64,000 bases of DNA from Chrysomallon squamiferum (Eukaryota > Animalia > Mollusca): positions 8,866,001 through 8,930,000 of the forward strand of contig CM022678.1 of NCBI GenBank assembly GCA_012295275.1. The letters are read 5' to 3'. The translations under genes and the position numbers were made by a program. Below are positions 41,112-57,115 of the stretch, one piece after another (position 1 is the first letter of the stretch; every line of letters starts with the position of its first letter). The notes below the pieces were generated by a model. It was not told the DNA's origin. It searched no databases and saw only the letters and a program-made list of their open reading frames with translations.

Positions 41112-42371
41112 ATTACTTTGTTTTAAAAACAATTGGTGTGCCATGTGGCCCTTAAATATTTTGCATATGAAAACTCAATAACTGATTGTTCTCAAAGAAA
41201 GACGTGAACTTATTTTGTGTTATGTGTTTCATTATGTATTTTTATCTAGTACCATCGAACTTGACAAATAGCTTCCAAAGACTGAGCATAATTTTATTAG
41301 CAAATGGTCACAAATGAATTTTTTCTTTCTGATTCTTGATTTGATGTCCTAATGCTGACATTGATGTTCATATTTCCACTTAGTTATTATTTTATTTGTT
41401 TCTTTCTTTATTTGTTTGTGTATCTCAGTATCTCAATTTTCCTCCGCACTAAACCAGTTTTTAATTAACATATTTACTGATAAAATAATAATAAAAAAAA
41501 AAATTAAAATACTAAAAAACGGAAGAAGAAGAAAAACAAAATAAAAGCATCCATGATTATCATAAAAAATAAAAACATTCTGATAATAATCATCATGAAA
41601 GTAATTTTATCATCCCACAGTTTAATGATTTTACTTCTGCTGGCAAACTTTTCAAACTGTACTTCTGCTGGCATTGTTTGANCTCTCATCATCTAATGTC
41701 AACTAGACCATGTTAAATAATCCCAAATTGAATCAGGGATCTGAAACTGAAAGTAAAGAACACCGTTATTTGTTTTACTAATCCACTGACTCAGTATTTC
41801 TTAGTTTGAAAAATATAAATAATTTTACTTTAATTAATTTTATTACATTTCTCCTACTAGTCCTTATAAAAGTTTTATCAATGGAAAAGGAACAAACTTA
41901 ACTGATACAGTAAACCAGGGTAATTTAATCAAATACCAGTAATGTTTTAGTAATTTAGGTTTAATTATTTGAAACTTACATCATTAAAGAGTGAAAACAG
42001 CTGGGCAGACTGAGCAGTCAGACACACGAAAACTTCGTCGGAGGATTATCAGAAAGATTTAAATCTCTCAAACAACCCGCAAAAAGAAATACCTGGAAAT
42101 AGAATGTAATCGTTAAAAAAAAAAAACTTATTTTATATATATATATATATATAATTAAGAATTTACTCTAAATGTATACACAGATAATTATATTTGTTTT
42201 TTCTGATTGTTCTGCTCTTTATACGCTTTGGGTCAATGATTATAACTAAATGTCTGAAGGAAAATTTTGCTGGCTTAAAAATGGTAACTGTAGACGAGCA
42301 CGCATTGAACATTCACTGAGTGACAGTTATAATAAACGAAATAAGTTTTGTATTAAAGAGAAATGTGATTT

Positions 42372-42412
<41 letters not shown>

Positions 42413-43853
42413 CATCATCATCATCAACATTATTATTATTATTGTTGTTGTTGTTGTTGTTAATGAATGTGTAATCTTGAGCCTCTATTTCAACAAGGTA
42501 GATAAAGGCAATTGTTGATTCTTTGAAACACATAAGACTAAATGTTAATAGTAAATCTTTTATTCTGATAATCATCATCATTGTGTATGAATTTAAACAA
42601 TGTGCTAAGATTGATTTGGCGCTAACAAAATATAACTTTATTTCTTGCATCTTCTATGGACAGTGAAACACTTTAATACTTTGAGAAAATGTATCACTGT
42701 CCAATTACGTAATACATTTTATATCTTCACGTGATTACTTTTTATCTGTTCTTATTTTATTTTATTTTATTTAGTAAGCTATTTATTTTTGGATTAAAAG
42801 AATAAACTGAAGTAGTTCATTCCAAAGAACAGTGATGGAGAGAGGGAGAGAGGGAGACAAGTAGCTTAACGAATTTAAGAGTTTTATTTGATTTCGGTTA
42901 ATAAAAAATACAATATTAACACTGGGCTACGTAACTAACACTTTCCTCGATGACCTTCAAGAGAATCTATTCGTTATTCTTCTTCTTGTCTTATTATTAT
43001 TATTTATGTGTGTGTGTGTGTTTGTGTGTGTGTTTGCATTTCTGTGCATGTGATTAGTGAATGCTACAGGCACGCATGTGAATCTGCATATTAATGTTTT
43101 CACTGCAGATAGAACAAACTCAGTACAACTCAACACGACTGACTATGAGATGAAATTAGTAATAAATACAGATTAACAGCATGTTCTAAATAATATACAA
43201 GTCATTAGGTGTTTTATACTAATAAGTATACATTATAAACTATGTAGAAATTAATATAAACATGTTGTTTGTGTGTGTGTTTGTGTATTAGTTTAAGTGT
43301 GTGCTTGTTTAGTCCCAAACACAAAATGCACACACACACACACACACACACACAAATGTACACAAGCATGCTCATACATACACACAATAGTTTTTACATA
43401 TTTAAATAGATTATTACTGTTATCATTTTTGAGTCTTCCATGAAATAAATATTTGATAACAACAATTTTTATTCCATTTAAAATTTAATTTAATTATAAA
43501 AAAATTTAATATTTCATTCACAATTGCTCCTTATCATTTAGTTGACTGGAAAATGTGTTTACTTCTACATAGATATATATATATATATTCTTTCTTTTCC
43601 TTTTAAGTACTATTTCAGAATAAGTATAACTTTTCCAGCAACTATTATTTATATGTTGAGAACTGAGTAACAATTCAAAATATTCTTAGACCCAATTTTA
43701 TAAAATAATTGCCTTCACAAAGTAAACAAATCATTCCAGTATTATTTTATAATTTATCATGAATACCCCAGTAAGACAAACAAACAAAAATAAACCTATT
43801 TTAGTATTACCATTATTTATTTATTCATTTGTTAATTTATAATAATAATAATA

Positions 43854-43937
<84 letters not shown>

Positions 43938-45530
43938 TTTATGACATTATAAGCAATTGATCATGGATAATAATTGTTATAATATAAGGGAAATAACTCT
44001 CTTTTGCTAAAACTTTATTTATATTGTTAAAAGATATGAAATAAACAAAGAAAGCAAATACAGTTTCCCACCCAAATTAAAAACAAAATCACTAATAATA
44101 AAAACCCTGAAAACAGTTTTATATCTCATTTTTATTTAAAAACAAACAGTAACAATGAATTAAAAAAACCACATTCAACAGCAAAATTGTAACAAATATA
44201 AAAATTAATTAATTAAAAATGCCTATAAAAAACATAATACTGATACATGTGCATTATAAACAAAAAATATTGTAAAAACAAAATATAATTTAACTGTTAT
44301 ATATTTTTTTTTTTTACCTGTTTTAAATTATTACATTGGATAATTAATTACTTTATTTAACAGGCGCTAGTATTAAAAATTAATCTAGATATCTGTTTTT
44401 TATTAATGTGTGCTAAATAAATTAATTACTTTATTTAACAGGAGCTAGTATTAAAAATTAATCTGTTTTTTATTGAAGTGAGCTAAATAAATTAATTACT
44501 TTATTTAACAAGAGCTAGTATTAAAAATTAATCTGTTTTTTATTGAAGTGAGCTAAATAAATTAATTACTGTATATAACAGGAGCTAGTATTAAACATTA
44601 ATCTGTTTTTTATTAAAGTGTGCTAAATAAATTGATCTGATGTTTTTTATCTGCTGAGTTTATGTTGTATTTTGTGCAAACATAAATATACATATATCAC
44701 ATATACACAAGTAAAAGACACAAACCAAACACCAATAACATTACAATACTCACACAACAGAACATACACAGTCACACACACTCACACACACATTCACTTA
44801 GGCAAATCTCACACAAACAGACATACCAACATACATACACATACACCAAAACACATATACACCAAAACACACAAACACATACAGGTACACATATATTCAG
44901 AGACATACCAACATACATACTGACATACATCCTCACACATACAGTGCAGAACATAAATTTAATAGATAATAACTGATATTATCAAAAACACTTAACTGGC
45001 CAATGAAAACAAAAATCTAATAAAAATATGATTTCCTTTATAAACTTTGGTCCGTGTATTTTATCAGCACATAAATATTAGTATCAGTGTGTGTGAATTA
45101 ACAGCATATTTTATCATGTTATTCGATATCAGAAAAAGTTGAGTAGAGCATTAAAAAAATCATACAAAAAGGATGGTAGAAATTATTATTTTCTGTATCA
45201 GAACACTGGATAGAGGCAAAAATCATCAGTTAAGTTGTTATGGTTGAAATTATCATTCTTTGTGTCAGAAAACTTTCTACAGAACAGTTTTAAAATCATT
45301 TTCTATGAAGTGGAATTGACATTATCTATATCAGAAAATACAGAATGGCATAGAAAACTTAACCTCTATAATCAGGGAAAAAACTGGATAGATTATTAAC
45401 AATACCTATTTATTATCAGACAAGCAGGACAAAAGAAAATATGTCAGAAAATACTGAATGTATTATTAATAATATTATTTTATCCTCATACAAACTGGAA
45501 AAGAGAAAATACTATTCTCTCAGAATGTAC

Positions 45531-46057
45531 CTAATAGAACTGTAACTGAAAACAATTTTCTTTCATCAGATAAGCTACACAGTCACTGTCACCACATTCT
45601 ACATCAGTGTACACAGGGTGAGCTAATCTGTAAGTGTGACGTTTCCATGACTCCTCTGTGTTCTGCAGAATTAGCTCAGGATGAGCTGAATCTTCAGCTT
45701 GTCTCACTTTCATCCTCTTCTCCACTTCTTGTCTGAGAAAAACATTTCAATATTTAATATTAATGTAATTAGGTATTGGTTTGTACAGTGTCTATTGTTA
45801 TATTTACCTTTGTTTGTCACACAGTAGCTGATATACTTTACATGCTGGGGTGGCCTTAAACATTCATTCATTCGTATAGTTTGTAAAAACAATGGCTATC
45901 GAAAATTTCAGTTATTTAAAGATAAGCTTTCATTCCTATCCATTTTACAAAAATAATGGACATAATTTTATAAGCACATGATACCAATAGACATAATTAC
46001 AAATGAAAGGATTTTTTTGTTTTTATTTTTATTTTATTTTTTATCAGTTACCATTAA

Positions 46058-46101
<44 letters not shown>

Positions 46102-46799
46102 TTGTTATATGTGAGCCTTTCCATGAGCATCAAGGCAAAAACCAGCTACTTTGTTTAGACCTAGTATTATAATTATGCACATACACTTTATGAACAGGGA
46201 AAGACAATGAAAGAAAGAAAGTGAAAGAGAGAATCAGACAGGCTAGGAGAAAATTAGAGATAGTGAGAGAGAAATAAAAAGACAATGACATCATCACTAT
46301 ACCTGACTTTTACCTGCAGTTCTGTACTTTTAACATCATCAACTTTAAATTTAATTCTTGACTCTATGAACGGTCAGCCTAGGTAACAATAAACATATTT
46401 TTTTAATTATTCATAATAATCATTGTTAGTGTTAAAGAACAGTGATACAGTTGGAAGAAATATTCTAGAACAAATTGTCAAAACAGATAGATATTTACAG
46501 ATTATAAGTTTAGAAATACATACAAATAGTCATATAGGTAGATATTTAGATAGACAAACAGACTAAGTTAGATAAAGTCACAGACTTACAGACAGACAGA
46601 AAGTTGAAAGAGACAAATGTAAAACACAAGAGTACAGAGATACATAGATGTATTTATTAAGTAACATTATTTAGACACTGGCAGATATTGGGTAGATAGG
46701 TAGGTTGATGATGTAGACAATCAGACAGACAGACAGACAGACAGAAGGGTTATTGTAGACACTGGTAAACAGATATTTAGTTAACAGGATTAGGCAGAT

Positions 46800-46851
<52 letters not shown>

Positions 46852-47594
46852 GTGAGAGAAGCTGACAGACTGGGAGTAGTAGGTAAATCAAATTACATTT
46901 ATATATAATTAGTCAAACACTGATTGGGAGTAGTAGGTAAATCAAATGACATTTATATATAATTAGTCAAACACTGATTGGGAGTAGTAGGTAAATCAAA
47001 TGACATTTATATATAATTAGTCAAACACTGATGATTTAAATGGAATACCTCTTCTCTGTTGTAGTAATCTGTAGCCTTGTCTACAGATACACAATCAGAC
47101 ATCAGTATCCATGCTGTTCCACTGTTTGAACAAGTAACTGGATCCTGGCAAATTCAAGGAGTAGTAGTAGTGATATAGTGATAGTAGTAGTATTAGCAGT
47201 AGTAGTTTTAGTAACAGTAGTAGCAGTTGTAACAGCAATAGAAACAACAGAAGTATTTGTAATAGTTGTAGTAGTAGTAATAACAAAAATACATTATAAT
47301 AAGACTAATAACAATAGTAATATTAATAATAACTGTAATAAGACAAATACATAAAATAATAATTAAAAAAAATGTTAAAATAATAATCATAATAAGAAAT
47401 TACATTAATATTAACAATAAAAAGGTACAGTATCATAATAATACAAAATAAAATTACTAACAATAAAATTCACAATTAAATAACAGGTCTCTAAAAGAAG
47501 AAGAAAACAATATATATAAATAATAGGTTGCCATTTTAATATATTAACAATCAAGAATTATAAAGAAATAAAAAAAACAAAAAAAAACAAGAAC

Positions 47595-47652
<58 letters not shown>

Positions 47653-48124
47653 CAAGTGGGAGAGAGAGAGAGAGAGAGAGAACCAAATATAAATATTCAT
47701 AAATAAGCAGAATGTGATGTTTGTAATTACAGACAGATACACAGAAAGACAGACAGCTGTGAACTGTTATTACTACATACTACATACTATATAATCACTC
47801 ACCATGACCTTTCAAGATGGCTGCAATGTCAAGGACATCACCTAGTGTCAGTGTCAGAAGTTGACTGTTTCCTTTATCTGTGAGAATGGCTGGACAGTGC
47901 ATCATATTACCCAGCATTCCTAGAGCAAAATAAATAAATAAATAAATGAGATGACAAATTTCAATAAATATGAACAATATAAATGTTAAAAATAAAAAAC
48001 AAATATAACTGATTACCAGGATGTCCTCCAAGTGCTGTCAGTTTAATCAGGAAGCTGTCTGCAACTGAAGGGAGACAACTACAAGATGATTCAACTTTCT
48101 CCCCTGATTTCTTGACAGTGAGAA
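45531..48124 (-). pseudogene. RRM-like gene fragment, copy B (first exon deleted; last exon ends TAG instead of CAG)
   Basis: ORFs 47795-48031 and 45531-45725 match copy A exons; reads ttc tat TAG|gtacat. Confidence 0.75.
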
Positions 48125-48484
48125 CTTAAAATTAATTAAATTTACATAAATAATTCATAAATAATTCATCTAAATTTAGGAAGTAAATTTAAAATAAAGA
48201 TTCTTGGAGAGGTCAGTTATAATCTGATAGTTAAAACTTGAAATACTGATTTAAAACAAAGTTAGTAGAATAAATTATTTTGTTATTTCATTTAGTGTGT
48301 AATAATGAATTCAAAGTAAAGTAAATTTGTAATCCAAAAGCACCACATATTAAAATACTAATTTAAACAAAGTTTAAATTAACAGAAAATATATTACTGG
48401 CTGCTGGCATGAGCATGGTATAATTCACTTTTTGTAACATATCACTGAATTCCCAGCTGACTTTAATTTATAAAGCTTTGCAAA

Positions 48485-49045
48485 ATGGTGAAAACTAAAA
48501 AGCTAAAAGATCAGGTGGCAGAGTTGCAGGCTGCTTTGCAGGAAGAAAGGGCTGTGACTCAACGACTTAATGAGGATTTGCTGAGTCCTAAACAAGGTGA
48601 AAGCAGAAGTGGTTTGGGAAGTTCTGCATAAGATTTTTGAAGACAGATCATCAGTGGCATGAACTTCAGCTATGATGCCCAACAAGAATTATACCTTGTT
48701 GCACCAATTTGCTGAAAATGTGAGAGACTGAAGAAAGAACTAAAACAATGAGTCCAAGTTGATTGTTTGTTAGATACTGGGTCAGTGGTAACTATGATAA
48801 CTGAGGATTTCTTCAACAACAACTTTGCTCCACTTGGTATTCAGCTCCTTGCAAGTCAAGGATGGCTCTCACTTAAGGCTGCCAATGGATTGGATATTCT
48901 CTACTGTGGATATACTGAACTCAACATTGAAGCACTAGGCAAATTAGTTCCTGACAGAGGAATTGTGGTGGTGAAGAGGCCTAAAGAAATTGCAATGATG
49001 CAGGCAAAAGACAAGTTAATAAAGAGACTGCTGAGACATGGCTAG
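48485..49045 (+). mobile_element. Ty3/Gypsy gag-protease remnant, copy B
   Basis: LDTGSVVTMITEDFF...AANG. Confidence 0.85.
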
Positions 49046-49562
49046 AGTTGGAAACCATGCAGAGCTGAGAGGAAATTAGAAGAATCTGGGTTGTTAACAC
49101 TAATCTGACAATGGGACAGATTATTTCTTGAAAACTGTGAACTGTACAGAAAAATAAAGGACCCCAATTTGGGAAGTATCACAACAACAGATATGGGTAT
49201 CCCATGTTTTGCCACTTCAACAACAGCAGACATGTATCGATGTCTGACAACATAAATATGAGTATGGCTAGTGTCTTACATCTACAACAACAGCAGACAT
49301 ATAGTCAATGTCTTTATAAATATGAGTATGGCTAGTGTCTTACCTCCAGAACAACAGCAGATATCAGACATGTACTTGATGTCTGACAACAAATATGTAT
49401 CCTTAATGTTACACCACTACAACAGCAGTCACATAGACGATGTCTCACAAACAATAAATATGGGTATCGCTAGTGTTTCACCACTACAACAACAGCAGAC
49501 ATGCAGTATGTGTCTGAAAATGATATGGGTATCCCTAGTGTTTAACAATATAATAATGGGTA

Positions 49563-49762
49563 NNNNNNNNNNNNNNNNNNNNNNNNNNNNNNNNNNNNNN
49601 NNNNNNNNNNNNNNNNNNNNNNNNNNNNNNNNNNNNNNNNNNNNNNNNNNNNNNNNNNNNNNNNNNNNNNNNNNNNNNNNNNNNNNNNNNNNNNNNNNNN
49701 NNNNNNNNNNNNNNNNNNNNNNNNNNNNNNNNNNNNNNNNNNNNNNNNNNNNNNNNNNNNNN
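49563..49762. other. Assembly gap (200 N)
   Basis: Fixed-length N run lying exactly between copies B and C. Confidence 0.99.
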
Positions 49763-49960
49763 TAAATAAAATAAATAAAAAACATCGTAATGTGAAATTT
49801 CTTTATATGTTTGTCGTCATGAAATGTTGGAAGAAAATCACAATTTTTCTGGTCGGTCTAATGAAACACACCGAATCATTAACATCCAATATGTCGCTTG
49901 ATGTCCTTCTATTACCTAGTTTGTAAATTCAAAATAACTAAAACTATATATATATAAAAT

Positions 49961-49992
<32 letters not shown>

Positions 49993-51529
49993 AAAAAAAA
50001 TATAGATAAATAAATAAATAAAAGTAAATTCTGACCATTCTGGTTATAAAACTGTTTTATAAATTTCTGAGCATAGCTCTATTTAACTGTTAAAACCTTC
50101 CGCTTGTGTGAAACCGCCATTTGTGTGAGGAACGTAAAAAAAAAAAAAATAAATAAAATAAAATTTAAAAAAAAGTACAAAAAAAGGAAATGTATTACTT
50201 CTTTTACAGTTTGTGGCTTTTATTATTATTGTTATTATTACATGGTTTCTTGATCTGTCTGTCTATTAATCCACCTATCTGTCTGTCTATTAATCCACCT
50301 ATCTGTCTGTCTGTATAATATAAATAATGTGTATAATATCAACGTAGTACAAAATAGTTCAATGTTGAGATTTGTTATAAATTTATTATAAATAATGAAG
50401 ATAAATCTGAATTTCTTTTTTTGTAGAAGCTCACCTACGAAATAAATGAATATTTTACTTCTTCTTTCCAATATTTTACAAAACAACACTGATTTAATAT
50501 AATGGTATAAATAGTAAGTGAAATATAAATAAATGCTAAAACATTATTTGAAATTACAATCTTTGTTCTTGATTATATACATACATATATACATACATAC
50601 ATACATACATATATACATACATATATATATATATATGTTAAGAATTTTACTTTAAATATTCATTGTTTGTAAAGTTAAATTTTAAATATAATTAACAGCT
50701 GTTATTAAATAATAATAATAATAATAATAATAACGAAACAAGTTTTGTATTAAAGAGAAATGTGATTTATTATTATAATTATAATAATTATTATTATTAT
50801 CATCATCATTATTATTATTATTATTTATTCATTTATTTATTCATTCTTTTATTTATTTATTCTTTTATTTATTTATTATTTTTGTTGTTGTTGTTCTTGT
50901 TAATTAATAAATTTGTGACCTTGAAGCTCTATTTGTGTATGAATTTAAACAATGTGCTAAGATTGATTTGGCGCTAACAAAATATGACTTTGTTTCTTGC
51001 ATCTTCTACGGACAGTGAAACACTTTAATACTTTGAGAAAATGTATCACTGTCCAATTACGTAAAACATTTTACATCTTCATGTGATTACTTTTTGTCTG
51101 TTGTTATTTTATTTTATTTAGTAAGCTATTTATTTCTGGATTAAAAGAATAAACTGAAATCGATTAATTGTGTGTGTGTGTGTGTGTGTGTGTTTTAAAG
51201 ATTTTAATCCCAAGTATTTGACCCATGTAGATTAGCTTGTATTTGAAAGACAACAGTATATGTGTATTACTTTTTTTTAATCAATTAAGAATATATTTGA
51301 TTAAGATTTCTACTGTTCTTTTTTGTTTCCATATCTAAATTAAAGTAAAAATATTATTTAAAAAATTACTTGAGTCTAATATTGCTATTAACATTTTAAA
51401 TAATAAAACTGAACAATAAAACTGAACTGTTTTATTGTGGCAGAAATCTGGACACGAGTGTGAAGCAGATTCCACCATTTTACAGTCAGCTGATGACACA
51501 GGACCAGGTAAAATGACCAGACTGATCTG

Positions 51530-51792
51530 ATTTCAGTCTGTTGTGTTCATTCAGCAGTGGTGAGTGATGCTGATGTTGATGTTCTTGTCCTTTCTGCTCT
51601 GTGATGTTTCTCCAGAGTCACATTTTGAAGTTTCAGTCTGTTGTGTTCATTCAGCAGTGGTGAGTGATGTTGATGTTGATGTCCTTGGTCTTTCTGCGCT
51701 GTGAAGTTTCAGTCTGTTGTGTCGATTCAGCAGTGGTGGTTGATGCTGATGTTGACGTCCTTGATCTTTCTGCTCTGTGATGTTTCTCCAGT
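51530..51792 (+). repeat. Three diverged ~75-100-bp direct repeats
   Basis: tttcagtctgttgtgt.cattcagcagtggt...gatgttga... at ~51531, 51631, 51707. Confidence 0.8.
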
Positions 51793-52369
51793 CACTTTTT
51801 ATATATATGTAAAAATATCTATAAATTATATATTTGTTGTTAGAACCATTTCTATTTTTATTTTTTATTGCAGTAAACGTTGTTTTGTTGTTTTTGTTTT
51901 GTTTTTTATCTATACATTTTATCTGTAGTTTCTTATTAAAATAAATCTCACGTTACTTTTTACTCTGCTGCTAGTAACAAAAGAATAAATATTGTTGTGT
52001 TATTCAAGCTATCGGCAGAAAATTAGGTTAGGCATAATATTTGATTTTTTTTCTATCCATATGAAGACACTGTTTGTACCAGTAAGTATATCTTACACGT
52101 GTACACTAGTGTGAAATTTATACATTTATTAAAATTTAATAAGAAATTCCCATTGAACTACTGCGAGTTAGTTCTAGTTCAGAAATACGAGACACACTGA
52201 AACTAGAAAATCGGGGAGCGTCGTGGGTTCGACCTCCAGTTCCATGTTTCTTATGTTTTATGCATCAGCCTCACTTTATGAAGAATAAATAAATAAAACA
52301 AAAACTAATTTAACTTGTCTCACAATAGTTTATTATCATTTAGTGGATTATTAAAAATAATTTTTATAG

Positions 52370-52417
<48 letters not shown>

Positions 52418-53443
52418 GTTCTTAGTTTAGTTACCAGTAATATAAATAGCATCCTAAATAAAAAATGTATTATTAATTAGTTATTTATTACTGTCATTGT
52501 TATTACTGTAATTTTATTATTATATTATTTATTCATTTATTTATAATTTTATTATTAATTTATTATTGTGATTATTGTAGTTTATTATTATATCATTTTT
52601 AATGTGATTTATTTTATTATTTATTCAACTTTTTCAAAAATAAAGCCTCCAATTTTTATTCAACTAGACATAAACTGATAATTTACACAATTATTATTAC
52701 TTTTGAATTTAAATTAATTTGCTTGATTTGCTTGAGATGAAATTAGTAATAAATAGAGTTTAATAGAATTTTCTAAGTTATTGATACACAAGACATTAGA
52801 TGTTTTATACTAATAAATACACATTATAAACTATGTAGAAATTAATATAAACATATGTTGTGTGTGTGTGTTTGTGTATATTAGTGTAAATGTGTGCTTG
52901 TTTAGTCACAAACACAAAATGCACATACACACATACACACATACAAATGTACACAAGCATGCACATACACACACACACAATCTTTTTTAGTTTTTAATTC
53001 TGTACATATTTAAATAGATTATTACAGTTATCATTTTTGAGTCTTCCATGAAATAAATATTCGATAACAACACTTGGTATTCCATTTAAAATTTATTTTT
53101 TCATTCACAATTACTCCTTATCATTTCATTGACTGGAAAATTTGTTTACTTCTACATAGATATATATATTTCTTCTTTTCCTTTTAAGTAATATTTCAGA
53201 ATAAGTATAACTTTTCCAGCAACTATTATTTATATGTTGAGAACTGAGTTACAATTCAAAATATTCTTAGACCCAATTTTATACATTAATTGCCTTCACA
53301 AAGTAAACATATCATTTCAGTATTATTTTGTAATTTGTCATGAATACCCCAGTAAGAAGACAAAAAAAAAAAATACATTTTTTTTTAATCAGAAATAAAC
53401 CTATTTTAATATTACCATTTTTATTTATTTATTCATTTGTTAG

Positions 53444-53482
<39 letters not shown>

Positions 53483-55061
53483 TTATTTATATTATAAGCA
53501 ACTGACCATGGATAATAATTTTCATAATATAAGGGAAATAACTCTCTTTTGATAAAACTTTATTTATATTGTTAAAAGATATGAAATAAAGAAAGAAAGC
53601 AAATACAGTTTCCCACCCAAATTAAAAACAAAATCACTAATAATAAACACCCTGAAAACAATTTTATATCTCTTTTTTATTTACCAAGAAACAGTAACAA
53701 TGAATTAAAAAATCAAATTCAACAGCAAAATTGTAACAAATATAAAAATTAATTAATTAAAAATGCCTATAAAAACATAAAACTTGATACATGTGCATTA
53801 TAAACAAAAATATTGTAAAAACAAAATATTTTTAACTGTTTTTTTTTTTTTTTTTTTTTACCTGTTTTAAATTATTACATTGGATAATTAATTACTTTAT
53901 TTTAAAAGGAGCTAGTATTAAAAATTAATCTAGACAAAAATTAATTTTTTATTAAAGTGTTAAATAAATTGATTTAAAATTAATTTTTTTTCTGCTGAGT
54001 TTATGTTCTGTTTTTTGCATATGTAAATATACATATATCATTAATCTATACACAAAGTTTTTTAAAAGACACAAACAAATTCCGAAAATAACACACATAA
54101 ACATTAACATTACAATAAAGTGTGCAACAGAAATACACAGTCACACACACACACATTCACTTATGCAAAACCCACACACACATACCAACATATTTACAGG
54201 AGCACACATATACATACACATAAAACACACACACAAATAAATTGACACACATATTTAGAGAAACATACACACTACATACATCTGTTTTTATACATCCACA
54301 CACATACACATACAGGCACACACACATATTCAGAGACATACCAACATACATACTGACATACATCCTCACACATTACACACACATAAACACATATATTCAG
54401 AGACATACCAACATACATAAACACATACATCCTCACACATACAGAGCAGAACATCAATTTAACAAATAATAACTGATATTATCAAAACACACTTCCTATA
54501 ATAACTGGCCAATGAAAATTACAAAGAAAAACTTAACAAAACTCTAATAAAAAAAATCTAATAAAAATATGATTTCCTTTTCCTAAAAACTTTGGTCCGT
54601 GTATTTTATCAGCACATAAATATCAGTGTGAATTAACAGCATGTCATGTTATTCTGTGTATCAGAAAATGTTGAGTAGAGCATTAAAAAAATCATACAAA
54701 CAGGATTGTAGAAATTATTATTTTCTGTATCAGAACACTGGATAGAGGCAAAAATCATCAGTTAAGTTGTATGGTTGAAATTATCATTCTTTGTGTCAGA
54801 AAACTTTCTATAGAACAGTTTTAAAATCATTTTCTATGAAGTGGAATTAACATTATCTATATCAGAAAATACAGAATGGCATAGAAAACTTAACCTCTAT
54901 AATCAGGGAAAAAACTGGATATATTATTAACAATACCTATTTATTATCAGACAAGCAGGACAAAAGAAAATATGTCAGAAAATACTGAATATATTATTAA
55001 TAATATTATTTTATCCTCATACAAACTGGAAAAGAGAAAATACTATTCTCTCAGAATGTAC

Positions 55062-55604
55062 CTGATAGAACTGTAATTGAAAACAGTTTTCTTTCATCAG
55101 ATAAGCTACACAATCACTGTCACCACATTCTACCATCAGTGTACACAGGGTGAGCTAATCTGTAAGTGTGACGTTTCCATGACTCCTCTGTGTTCTGCAG
55201 AATTAGCTCAGGATGAGCTGAATCTTCAGCTTGTCTCACTTTCATCCTCTTCTCCACTTCTTGTCTGAGAAAAACATTTCAATATTTAATATTAATGTAA
55301 TTAGGTATTGGTTTGTATAGTTTGTATTGTTATATTTATCTTTGTTTGTCACCCAGTAGCTGATATACTTTTCATGCTGGGGTGGCCTTAAACATTCATT
55401 CATTCATTCATTTGTATAGTTTGTAAAAACAATGGCTATCAAAAATTTCAGTTATTTAAAGATAAGCTTTCATTCCTATCCATTTTACAAAAATAATGGA
55501 CATAATTTTATAAGCACATGATACCAATAGACATAATTACAAATGAAAGGATTTTTTTGTTTTCATTTTTTTTTTTTTTTTATTTTTTATCAGTTACCAT
55601 TATA

Positions 55605-55647
<43 letters not shown>

Positions 55648-56353
55648 TTGTTATATGTGAGCCTTTCCATGAGCATCAAGGCAAAAACCAACTACTTTGT
55701 TTAAACCTAGGTATCATAATTATGCATATACACTTTATGAACAGGGAAAGACAATGAAAGAAAGAAAGAAAGTGAAAGAGAAAATCAGAGAGGCTAGGAG
55801 AAAATTAGAGATAGTGAGAGAGAAATAAAAAGACAATGACATCATCACTATACCTGACTTTTACCTGCAGTTCTGTACTTTTAACATCATCAACTTTAAT
55901 GTTAATTCTTGACTCTATGAACAGTCAGCCTAGATAACAATAAACACATTTTTTTAATTATTCATAATAATCATTGTTAGTGTTAAAGAACAGTGTTACA
56001 GTTGGGAGAAATATTTACAGACAAAATTGCCAAAACAGATATTTACAGATTATATGTTTAGACATACATACATATAGATAGTCACATAGGTAGATATGTA
56101 GATAGACAAACAGACTAAGTTAGATAAAGTCACAGACTTACAGACAGACAGAAAGTTAGAAAGAGACAAATGTAAAACACAAGAATACAGAGATACATAG
56201 ATGTATTTATTAAGTAACATTGTTTAGAGACTGGTAGATATTGGGTAGATAGGTAGGTTGATGATGTAGACAATCAGACAGACAGACAGACAGAAAGGTT
56301 ATTGTAGACAGATATAGAGTAAACAGATATATAGTTAATAGGATTAGGCAGAT

Positions 56354-56403
<50 letters not shown>

Positions 56404-57073
56404 GAAAGAGAAAGAGAGAGAAGCTGACAGATTGGGAGTAGTAGGTAAATCAAATGACATTTTTATATAATTAGTCAAACACTGATGATTTAAATGGAAT
56501 ACCTCTCCTCTGTTGTAGTAATCTATAGCCTTGTCTACAGATACACAATCAGACAGCAGTGTCCATGCTATTCCACTGTTTGAACAAGTAACTGGATCCT
56601 GGCAAATTGAAACAGTAGCAGTAGTAGAGAGTAGTAGTAGTAGTAAGTAGTAGTAGTAGTAGTTAGTAGTAGTAGTAGTAGTAGGAGCAGAAGTTGTAAC
56701 AGCAATAGAAACAACAGTAGTATTTGTAATAGTTGTAGTAATAATAACAACAAAAATACATTATAATAAGACTAATAACAATAGTAATATTAATAATAAT
56801 TGTAATAAGACAAATATAAAAAATAATAATAAAAAAATGCTAAAATAATAATCATAATAAGAAATTACATTATATTAACAATAAAAAAACAATATCATAA
56901 TAATAAAACAAAATAAGATTACTAACAATAAAATTCAAAATTAAATAACAGGTTCTAAAAGAAGAAGAAAAAATATATATAAATAATAGGTTGCCATTTT
57001 AATATATTAACAATCAAGAATTATAAAGAAAAAAAAACAAAACAAAAAAAAAAACAAAAGAGAGAGAGAGAGA

Positions 57074-57115
<42 letters not shown>

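Larger units (their letters stand above)
42330..49562 (-). repeat. Segmental duplication copy B (matches A ~24715 to ~12900, lacking A ~15780-17380)
   Basis: Junction at ~48150-48170 joins sequence equivalent to A 17385 with A 15780. Confidence 0.92.

Noticed and set aside
51444-51507. Isolated AG/GT-bounded 64-nt exon candidate on +
   Set aside because: Two frames are open, with no partner exon or recognisable motif; insufficient support.
52205-52245. tRNA gene (GGTTCGACCTCC B-box-like motif)
   Set aside because: No cloverleaf or A-box found; at most a decayed tRNA-derived SINE head.
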